DNA from: Candidatus Acidiferrales bacterium
GTDB taxonomy: Bacteria > Acidobacteriota > Terriglobia > Acidiferrales > UBA7541
Assembly: GCA_963742905.1 (NCBI GenBank)
Contig: CAVUNS010000007.1
Span: 27,264-91,263, forward strand
Length of the DNA stretch: 64,000 nucleotides
Direction: 5' to 3'
Shown here: positions 54,319 to 62,311 of the stretch, in pieces
Layout of the letters: the number at the start of each line of letters is the position of its first letter
How positions within the stretch are numbered: the stretch's first letter is position 1
The notes under the pieces: model-generated
The model's database searches: none
The model's input: only the letters and a program-made list of their open reading frames with translations
Told to the model about the DNA's origin: nothing
Program-made: the position numbers and the translations under genes

Positions 54319-55035
54319 TTAATAGGGCTTGGCCTTGAATACGAAGTTGATCGTCTTGGTCTCGGTCCCGGAAACGGTGACTTCCTGCGATTGCTCACCG
54401 TAGGCTTCCTGGTATGCCGTAACGGTGTATTTGCCCGGCGGCAGATTGGGCAGCGTGAAGGAACCCCCATCCCCAGTGACGGCATAGTGGGAGTTCTTCA
54501 TCACCGCGAAGGTGCCATGCATCCACGGATGCACGTTGCACTTCACCGGAAAAATTTCCGCCTTGTCATACTTTTCGCTGATCGGCGGCGTCCCCGGCGG
54601 CTGCGACTTGTTCCATTCGCGATTGAGTTTCGGCAGCGGATGAATGTTGTGGGAGGTCTGATCCTCATTCTGAATCTTCATTTCCTGGTTGACCTGAAAC
54701 GCCAGGATGTGCGGAACGTACCGGCAACCCTTCTGAGTGAATACTGCCGCGGTGGCTGGCGCGGGTTCGTCTGGAGCGCCTGCGGAAATATAAACCACCA
54801 CATTCTCCAGGCTGCTTCCCGATCCGGTCACCACGTTTTCGGATGTCTGCGGTGTCGTGTACATCTTCGCGCACGACGGTTCCTTGGACATGTCGATCGG
54901 CTTCATTTTTGCTGGCGTGCCTTCATACGTCACTTTGCCGCTGATGGTGCCGCCTGCAGGAGCCGGGCCTCCGCCGGCTATGGTCGCAGCGGCTAGCATG
55001 CCTAGCGCCGCGAAGACTACAACTTTCGTTTGCAT
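54319..55035 (-). CDS. Periplasmic cupredoxin-like protein with carboxypeptidase-regulatory-like beta domain
   Basis: Signal peptide; HNIH and C-x2-H-x2-M (CNVHPWM); G.F.L.NLPPGKYTV. Confidence 0.7.
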   Translation of the reverse strand: MQTKVVVFAALGMLAAATIAGGGPAPAGGTISGKVTYEGTPAKMKPIDMSKEPSCAKMYTTPQTSENVVTGSGSSLENVVVYISAGAPDEPAPATAAVFTQKGCRYVPHILAFQVNQEMKIQNEDQTSHNIHPLPKLNREWNKSQPPGTPPISEKYDKAEIFPVKCNVHPWMHGTFAVMKNSHYAVTGDGGSFTLPNLPPGKYTVTAYQEAYGEQSQEVTVSGTETKTINFVFKAKPY

Positions 55036-55065
55036 CGTGTACCCCTCCTGAAATTGGGAGTTACT

Positions 55066-55956
55066 TTATGGCTTAACTCCGGAGCCAGTGTTGGTGTTCT
55101 CCACACGTTTCGCCTCGATGATGGCTTTGCCTTCCGGCGTGCTCATCCACAGCGCCAGTTCGGGGCTTGGGTTGTTATATTGCAATGTCCGCAGAAAATG
55201 CACTAAATCCCATGCCTCTTCCGGCTTGACTACGTCCGCGAAGGAGGGCATCGGCGTGCCGTCCAGTCCAGTCATAAAGATCCGGTACAGATCAGTGTTG
55301 GTTTTACCGCACTTGGAGCGATTGTCAGATGTGAAATTGTAAGGCCGAATGGGCTGATCGTTGCTGTCGGTCAGCGTAGATGCGGAAGGCCCGTCGCCGC
55401 GGCCTTCCTGACCGTGGCACTTCCAGCATTCCAACTTCTGGAACAGTTCCGCTCCGTGCTTGATGCTCTGCACTGTCAATTTCGGCTCCGCCGGAATCGC
55501 AATCGGGTCGCCGGGCTTTTCGGTCACCCAACGCGCGGAGAATGTTTTGATGAACGCCACAAGGTCGGCGCGATTCTGCGCGGTGAGTGCGGCCCACGAT
55601 GGCATGTTGGTGAAGTTGAATCCACGGATCAGCGTGTTGTACAGGTCGATATCCAACGGCAATACACCCGAAGGCGTGGACCGGCACTTAAAGGTTGCTT
55701 GCATGAAATTGCGCGGCAGGGGAGTTACGTACGGCGCGTTCTCTCCGTTGCCATCGCCGCGCGCTCCGTGGCAGCCCCAGCAGTAGCGGTAATACAATTT
55801 TTCTCCCGCCTCGGAATGCCCGGTCAGATTCCCGATATGCGATTCCATGTGCTTGGAAGGTTTCGGCGGCGGCTGGTCCGCTTGCTGCGCTGGCAGCAGC
55901 GAAGGGAGAATCAACGCGACTGCGACATTCAAGCAAAATTTCTTGATGTTCCGCAT
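55066..55956 (-). CDS. Periplasmic diheme cytochrome c
   Basis: Signal peptide; CWGCH and CWKCH, each followed by a distal MPS(W/F). Confidence 0.9.
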   Translation of the reverse strand: MRNIKKFCLNVAVALILPSLLPAQQADQPPPKPSKHMESHIGNLTGHSEAGEKLYYRYCWGCHGARGDGNGENAPYVTPLPRNFMQATFKCRSTPSGVLPLDIDLYNTLIRGFNFTNMPSWAALTAQNRADLVAFIKTFSARWVTEKPGDPIAIPAEPKLTVQSIKHGAELFQKLECWKCHGQEGRGDGPSASTLTDSNDQPIRPYNFTSDNRSKCGKTNTDLYRIFMTGLDGTPMPSFADVVKPEEAWDLVHFLRTLQYNNPSPELALWMSTPEGKAIIEAKRVENTNTGSGVKP

Positions 55957-55967
55957 GGTCATCTCCC

Positions 55968-57371
55968 TTAGAAGTCGAAGTCAAAGCCGAACAGCAGGCT
56001 GCTGGTCGTCACATTGGAGAACGTCACGGGCGATGCGCCTTTCTGCCAGATGATCGCGTACTCCGCGTGGTAGGCGAACCCTGCTCGGCTGTTGATGAAT
56101 GGGTAATAGCGCGCCCCGAAGGTCAACACATCGGCATTTCCTAGATCCCCGGGATTCGTGTCGAAGGCCTGCTGCGACATGCGCACCAATTCGTAGCGGT
56201 TGATCAGGATGAGCTGCGGATTAAACACGTAGTGGCTTTCGAACAGTCCGCCATTCCACGACGGCGCGTGTGCACCCGTGGGCAGTGTGCCACCCGGATT
56301 AAGCGGTCCTCCCGATGCCGTGTTCGTTCCTAGAAACGCGCTATCGTGTCCGTGGAAGTACATCGTGGTGATATCAAAGTTCTTGACGTACCAAATGCCA
56401 ATCAGCCCGTATCGTTGGAAGTTTTGATTGCCGATTCCCGTGCCTGGGATTCCAACTCCCTGATTTGAGTATTGGTAGTACGTCGGCGCATTTCCGAGGT
56501 ACGCGAACCCGCCCACGCGCTGCACTCCCAGGCTCCCGGCTTCAAACGCCTGGCTGGCTGCGAAGTAGCCTCCATATCCGCGACTGGTTGGCAGTCCTGG
56601 CTGACCGTCGTTGGATGATATCAATGAGGCGGAGACACGAGTGCGGTCGTCCTTGGAGTGTCCCATCCACTCGATACCGTCCTGGTTGTCGCCGATCCCG
56701 AACGTATATCCTTCGCTTACTCCGGGAGCAACGAACGGCTGAAAGTGGTAGTTGAAATAAGTTCCCGAAACATTGGTGAGCGTCAAGATGCGTTTTTCGG
56801 AGAGCAGGTTGTCGAGCTCAAACTTTCCCAGTTTGATGTTCATCCACGAACTTCCGCCGATGTTATCCACGCGGGCCCAGACCGACTCAAAGTGGAAAGC
56901 TCCGGTGTTGTCCGACGAGGGCAACACGTAGAACGAGTAGTTTTTCGCCAGCGTGCCTGCGGTGTGGAAGTCCAGGCCGCTCCAGTCGAAACCGTGCGTG
57001 GTTACCTTGGCTTCATTTCCTCCAGCACCATTGGACCCGTCCACCTGCACCTTGTCCGTGCTTTCCCGGTGCCATTGTGGCGTCATGCGAAATGTTGCCG
57101 GCCAATACGCGGGGGACTGGTAGATGGGAGCGTCCCGATCATTCCCTATCTGGTAGCCGTTATCTTTGAACTGCTGCCCAAACCAACTGAGCATCGGCCA
57201 CGCTTCATGACACGCCGAGCACGGCATGCCATATTTTCTTGCGAATGCCGGAATCGCCGCCGCCGGACGGCATTGCGTCAGCAAAATACCAGCCAAGACG
57301 CCGACGTACAGCAACACCCTTCCCACGCGAGCAAAATTGCACGCCTGCTTCTTCAAAACCAGACAATCCAT
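55968..57371 (-). CDS. cyc2: Cyc2-like outer-membrane cytochrome c-porin fusion
   Basis: Signal peptide ending AAA; mature N-terminus IPAFARKYGMPCSACH...P.L..FG..FK..GY; beta-strand-rich body; C-terminal beta-signal FGFDFDF; RBS ggagg. Confidence 0.8.
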   Translation of the reverse strand: MDCLVLKKQACNFARVGRVLLYVGVLAGILLTQCRPAAAIPAFARKYGMPCSACHEAWPMLSWFGQQFKDNGYQIGNDRDAPIYQSPAYWPATFRMTPQWHRESTDKVQVDGSNGAGGNEAKVTTHGFDWSGLDFHTAGTLAKNYSFYVLPSSDNTGAFHFESVWARVDNIGGSSWMNIKLGKFELDNLLSEKRILTLTNVSGTYFNYHFQPFVAPGVSEGYTFGIGDNQDGIEWMGHSKDDRTRVSASLISSNDGQPGLPTSRGYGGYFAASQAFEAGSLGVQRVGGFAYLGNAPTYYQYSNQGVGIPGTGIGNQNFQRYGLIGIWYVKNFDITTMYFHGHDSAFLGTNTASGGPLNPGGTLPTGAHAPSWNGGLFESHYVFNPQLILINRYELVRMSQQAFDTNPGDLGNADVLTFGARYYPFINSRAGFAYHAEYAIIWQKGASPVTFSNVTTSSLLFGFDFDF

Positions 57372-57776
57372 ACTGCCTCCTGCGAACGTTTGGGCACAAC
57401 GTCGAGCAGACAACTAGGGTCTTGGTTGATTCAATTGTTGAAGGGAGTGTGCGAACAGAAACACCCAGCACAGCAGCTTCCCCACGGCTTACCCCAAGCG
57501 CGCAAGGATCTCATCCTGACTGCCACCATGCTTACCGAAAACTCGCCAGGTTCTCCGTCAAAAGAACGTTGGCAAACTTTTCAGCCCCTGAACCGGGCCG
57601 GATGCTACTCCGACTCTCGTGCACAATGCAAGAGTTTTCTTCAACGCATGCAAAAAATTTTCCTAAGATTTCCACTGGGAGGCTCCAGTACCGCCTTGTG
57701 CCTCGCACCAGGAGTGACTCTCTCGTGAAGGATTTGACAGAGCACCGCGCTTCGCGCTAACAAGGTTGTTCGTCGA

Positions 57777-58679
57777 ATGACTATGTTTCCCCGGAAAACG
57801 AACAGTCTGCGCTCGGGCCCTTTGACTTTTTCTACTGCTCGACTTGTTTTCCTTGAGGCTCTTTTTCTTTTCGCCAGTTGCCCTGCGCCGCGCTGCAGCG
57901 CAACGGAGCTCACCACACCCGGCATCGTCCGCGAATTCAATGCGCCGATCGGCGATGTCCGCCAGGCGGTCATTTCCGTACAGAAGGATCACATCATCCA
58001 TGGCACGCTGATGTTCGATCGAGAGCCAACGCTAAACGGAGCCGAAGCGGTCGCATCCACCCCGCTTTTCGATCCTTGGACCGGACCGGGAGAGGTTTAC
58101 TACAAGACTCGCGAACAGACCATTGCGCCCCGCCATTTTCTGGCCACCGCGGATATCGGCACCATCGGTGTGCGTTATGTGATTATTCCGATTAATGACA
58201 TGCGGACTCGGGTGAAAATCGACGCCGTGTACGTCGAGGTTTACCGCAGGACCATTCATCCTTCCGATGGCAACGTGGAAAAATTCGAGATGACCGAAGT
58301 GAAGGACGCGCTGGAATCTTTGCAGCAAGCTGCCGCCGATGCCGCCGATGCGCGCCGCCGTATGCTCAGCGCCGAACTGGTGCGCCAAAGCTACGCCCAT
58401 CAACGCGAGGACGAAACCACGCGACTCTCTAACGCGCAGGCCAGCGAAAAAGAAATGGAACAGGAAATTACTTCGCTGCGCCATGAAGTGGAACGCCGCA
58501 TCAAGGCACCGGGAGCCGATCTGAAAGCCGCGCCGTTCAAATCCGCCGCCAATCTCAAGACCCTGGCAGCGTTCACGGAAGTGGTGGTGCTGATCGTCAC
58601 TCCGAACTGGCTGGGCATTGAAACTCCGGACGGCCAGCGCGGCTGGCTGCCGGTCGAGCAACTGGAGCAGTTGCCGTGA
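57777..58679 (+). CDS. Secreted hypothetical protein with coiled coil and C-terminal SH3b-like domain
   Basis: Hydrophobic N-terminus, heptad-rich middle, WLGIETPDGQRGWLP. Confidence 0.7.
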   Translation: MTMFPRKTNSLRSGPLTFSTARLVFLEALFLFASCPAPRCSATELTTPGIVREFNAPIGDVRQAVISVQKDHIIHGTLMFDREPTLNGAEAVASTPLFDPWTGPGEVYYKTREQTIAPRHFLATADIGTIGVRYVIIPINDMRTRVKIDAVYVEVYRRTIHPSDGNVEKFEMTEVKDALESLQQAAADAADARRRMLSAELVRQSYAHQREDETTRLSNAQASEKEMEQEITSLRHEVERRIKAPGADLKAAPFKSAANLKTLAAFTEVVVLIVTPNWLGIETPDGQRGWLPVEQLEQLP

Positions 58680-59926
58680 ACCGTTCTTTGGGGCGCTGCA
58701 CACGCGGGTTTTTGCTCGTCCTGTTTATCGCAATGGGCGCAAGCCTTCTCCATGCGCAAGCTGTTCCGTATGCGCGCAGTTATTCGTTCCCGAAGGCTAC
58801 CGTGGACCAGGCCCTGAAAGACTTGCAGGCCTACTCCGGGCAGAAAATTCCGATTCTGGACGGCTTTGTCGCTAGTTCCTCCAAACCACTCGACCGCTAC
58901 GAGCGCGGGTTCTATCAGTTCTCCATCGAACTGGTGCCGGGTGATGCTGGCGCGACGATTGTACGGCTCACCGCGAAGATTACCGCGTGGTACGCGGACA
59001 CGGACGTGAGCAAGTCGGGGTATGAAGTGCTTCCGTCGAATGGGCGCCTGGAATTGGATCTCCTCGATCGCTTGCAAGAGAAGCTTACCGGCAAGCCCGT
59101 CGATCCACCCGCAACGCTGCAAACGAATGTGCAGGCGCCGCGAGCCAAGCTCGACCTGACTGGCGTGCCCGGGGGAAACATCACCCCGCGTCCCGCGGTC
59201 GAAAAAACTCCCGATGAAGTGGCCATGCTGCGCAATCAACGCGTTTTGGCCGAGCGCCACGTTCAGCAGCTCACCACCGAATTGAACAGCCTCAAGGAAA
59301 TTCAGCACAATCAGGCGCACCCCCAGAACCTGGTGGCCGTCACGAAATCGGGCACGCCCGTCTATTCCAAGCCTTCTGAGCAGTCTAACGTTCTTTTCAA
59401 CGCGGCCGCGAACGACGAGTTTGAGTTTCTGGACTCCGACCAGGGCTGGATCCACGTCACCATTTCCGGGGATTCTCGCGGATACGTGCGGGAAGGCACC
59501 GTGCTCTTGCCTGGGTCTATTGCGACGAAACTGGAAAAGGAAGACCACGCACTGGAAGAGAAATTTCCTGGCTTCCGCATGGAACACGAAGAAATGAGCA
59601 GTTTTCCAGGTGACTGGTCCGTGCTGAAAGGCAAAACCGTGAAAATTTATACGGTACAGCCGGTCTCCAAAATTCCCAAGGAATCCGGCCCAAGCGCCCG
59701 CCTGGACTACACCCTCGCGCTATTCCAAAAGGCTCTGAAAGAATCCGCAAGCATCACGCCGGTGCCCGAAGGGGTTGTGGTGATTTTTGATGCGGCCGAT
59801 GGCGGCATCGCCAGTGCTTCGCTGGATTCCATAAAAAAGCTTTCCTCAGGTGCATTGACGCGCGACGCGTTCTGGTCGCAGGCGTCCCTTGATCCAGCGG
59901 AAGCATTTCGTTCGTCAGGCAACTGA
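58676..59926 (+). CDS. Secreted hypothetical protein with coiled coil and SH3b-like domain
   Basis: Signal peptide (LHA-Q); GTGA start/stop overlap with the upstream gene; GWIHVTISGDSRGYV. Confidence 0.72.
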   Translation: MNRSLGRCTRGFLLVLFIAMGASLLHAQAVPYARSYSFPKATVDQALKDLQAYSGQKIPILDGFVASSSKPLDRYERGFYQFSIELVPGDAGATIVRLTAKITAWYADTDVSKSGYEVLPSNGRLELDLLDRLQEKLTGKPVDPPATLQTNVQAPRAKLDLTGVPGGNITPRPAVEKTPDEVAMLRNQRVLAERHVQQLTTELNSLKEIQHNQAHPQNLVAVTKSGTPVYSKPSEQSNVLFNAAANDEFEFLDSDQGWIHVTISGDSRGYVREGTVLLPGSIATKLEKEDHALEEKFPGFRMEHEEMSSFPGDWSVLKGKTVKIYTVQPVSKIPKESGPSARLDYTLALFQKALKESASITPVPEGVVVIFDAADGGIASASLDSIKKLSSGALTRDAFWSQASLDPAEAFRSSGN

Positions 59927-60024
59927 GAAGGACACGAAGCCGGGCTCTTATCTCGTTTTGCCGGCGCGCTTCCCGTGGCTCCTTCATTTCGCCTAAAATT
60001 AGCCCGTAAGCATAAGGAGATTCG

Positions 60025-61167
60025 ATGCCACTGAACGCTGCAATTGTGGGTTTGGGCTTTGTCGGACGCGCGCACCTGGAAGCGTTGCGGCGTCTTGGTA
60101 TCCAGGTGCAGGGCGTGCTCGGCAGCACTCCCGAGCGTTCGAAAGCAGCCAGCGAATCGCTTCATCTTTCGCGCGCTTACCAATCATTGGACGAACTCGC
60201 CGCCGACCTGTCCGTGCAGGTTGTGCACCTTTGCACTCCAAATCATTTGCATTTCCAGGAAGCCAGTCAACTTTTGCGCGCCGGCAAGCATGTGCTGTGC
60301 GAAAAACCGCTCTCTCTCGATTCGCGTGAATCCGCCGTGCTTGTCAATCTACTCAAAGAAACGGGACGCGTTGGCGCGGTCACCTACAATTTACGCTACT
60401 ACCCGTTGTGTCAGGAGGCGCGTGTTCTGATTCGCGAGCGCGTCATTGGCCAGGTCAAACTGGTTCACGGCAGCTTTCTTCAGGACTGGTTGCTGTTTCC
60501 AACCGACTGGAACTGGCGTTTGGAAGCGAAACTAGGTGGAGAACTTCGCGCGGTCTCCGATATCGGTACGCATTGGCTGGACCTGGTTACCTGGATCACC
60601 GGTAGCAAAATTTCCGAGTTGTGCGCGGACCTGGCCACCGTGCTTCCCACGCGTCATCGCCCCAAAGGCCGCGTCGAGACTTTTCAGAAAGCCGGCTCGA
60701 CCGAAACAGAAGAAGTAATGATTTCCACGGACGATTACGCTTCGGTGCTGTTGCACTTCGAAAATGAAGCGCGAGGCGTGATGACCGTTTCGCAAGTCAG
60801 CCCGGGACGCAAAGCCCGGTTGTGGTTTGAAATTGACGGCTCGGAAGGCTCGCTGGCTTTCGATTCCGAATCGCCGAACCAGTTGTGGATTGGCCGGCGC
60901 AATCGCGCCTGCGAAGTGCTTCCGAAAGATCCTTCGCTGCAAAGCGCGGAATCACGCGGCTACGCGGCTTACCCTGGGGGACACCCGGAAGGCTATCCCG
61001 ATACGTTCGTTCAGCTGTTCAAGGATGTGTACGGCTACATCGCCGCTGGTGATTTCAAAGCGCCGCGCACATTTCCCACATTCGAAATCGGCCACGAGGA
61101 ACTCGTACTCTGCGAGGCCATCGCCGAAAGCGCGCAGAACAAATCCTGGGTAAGCGTCGGCGCATAG
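60025..61167 (+). CDS. Gfo/Idh/MocA family oxidoreductase
   Basis: VGLGFVG, CTPNHLH, CEKP, DIGTHW; RBS aaggag. Confidence 0.92.
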   Translation: MPLNAAIVGLGFVGRAHLEALRRLGIQVQGVLGSTPERSKAASESLHLSRAYQSLDELAADLSVQVVHLCTPNHLHFQEASQLLRAGKHVLCEKPLSLDSRESAVLVNLLKETGRVGAVTYNLRYYPLCQEARVLIRERVIGQVKLVHGSFLQDWLLFPTDWNWRLEAKLGGELRAVSDIGTHWLDLVTWITGSKISELCADLATVLPTRHRPKGRVETFQKAGSTETEEVMISTDDYASVLLHFENEARGVMTVSQVSPGRKARLWFEIDGSEGSLAFDSESPNQLWIGRRNRACEVLPKDPSLQSAESRGYAAYPGGHPEGYPDTFVQLFKDVYGYIAAGDFKAPRTFPTFEIGHEELVLCEAIAESAQNKSWVSVGA

Positions 61168-61240
61168 CCAGCGCACGGCATCTTTGTGACATTTGCGGAG
61201 ATGGAGCACAGCAGTGCTGCGCCCTACGGGAGATCCCTGG

Positions 61241-62302
61241 TCAATCAAAGCGCCGCGTCGACTCTCTCACCACCAACTCTGGCGCGATCTTTCGCCGCAT
61301 CACCGGAACATCCTGCTTCTGATTCACAGCTTTGATCGCGTCCAACACCATCCCCGCGCTCATCGACCCCATCGCTTCCATGGGCTGCCGGACCGTGGTT
61401 AGCGAAGGCAGCGAAAGGCTGGCCTGCGCCACATCGTCGAATCCCACCACGGAGCAATCTTCCGGCACTCGCAGTCCCTTTTTCTTCAGCGTTTGGAAAG
61501 CGCCCAACGCAGTCATATCGTCATAGGCCAGCAGCGCCGTAAAGGACTTGCCGCTCGCCAACAATTCCGCGGTAAGTTGCGCGCCTGCTTCAAAACTCGA
61601 ATTGGGGTCCAGGGATTCCGGCACCTCGCGAATTTTTTTCGCGTCCAGCCGCAATCCAACGGAGCGCGCAAAATTGCGGATGCCTTTCCACCTCTGGCCG
61701 CTGCTGGTCAACGTTTTCGGTCCCCGCAAAAACGCAATGTCGCGATGGCCGAGTTGATACAAGTGTTCCAGCGCCAGCGCCGCCCCGCTTTCGTTGTCCA
61801 CAGACACGGTGCTCACCTTATCCATTTCGAACGTTCGCCCCGCGATCACCGTAGGCACTTGCCGCTCGGTCAAATCGGCAAGCAGCTTGATGTCCGTGAC
61901 CAGCCAATTCGCAATGATCACTAGCCCTTCCACACGCCGGTCCAGCAACATCTCCAGGTAGCGTTCGAAGCGGTGCGGTTCATTGTGCGCATCCGCCAGC
62001 AAGGAAAGATAATTCGCCTGGTACAGCGCATTTTCCAGCCCGCGCAAAATCGGCGTGCAAAACGGGTCGGTGATATCGAACACCATTACGCCCACGATAT
62101 TGGAACGCTGGCTCCGCAACGAACGCGCTAACGGATTCGGCCGGTAGCCCAGTCGTCGCGCCGCAGTCTGAATGCGTTCTTTCGTCTCTCCGGGAATGTA
62201 GCGGGAAAGCGGTGCCTCATTCAGAACGATGGAAACCGTGGACGCAGAATAGCCGCTTTCGCGAGCCACATCGCGAATCGTGGAGGCGCCGTTTCTGCGC
62301 AT
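61241..62302 (-). CDS. LacI family transcriptional regulator
   Basis: TIRDVARESGYSASTVS, YRPNPLARSL, VGFDD, LTTVRQP. Confidence 0.93.
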   Translation of the reverse strand: MRRNGASTIRDVARESGYSASTVSIVLNEAPLSRYIPGETKERIQTAARRLGYRPNPLARSLRSQRSNIVGVMVFDITDPFCTPILRGLENALYQANYLSLLADAHNEPHRFERYLEMLLDRRVEGLVIIANWLVTDIKLLADLTERQVPTVIAGRTFEMDKVSTVSVDNESGAALALEHLYQLGHRDIAFLRGPKTLTSSGQRWKGIRNFARSVGLRLDAKKIREVPESLDPNSSFEAGAQLTAELLASGKSFTALLAYDDMTALGAFQTLKKKGLRVPEDCSVVGFDDVAQASLSLPSLTTVRQPMEAMGSMSAGMVLDAIKAVNQKQDVPVMRRKIAPELVVRESTRRFD

Positions 62303-62311
62303 AGCCATTCC

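Noticed and set aside
57372-57776. FNR, Fur or sigma-54 site upstream of cyc2
   Set aside because: Only partial matches (for example ttgattcaa near 57426); no full consensus found by eye
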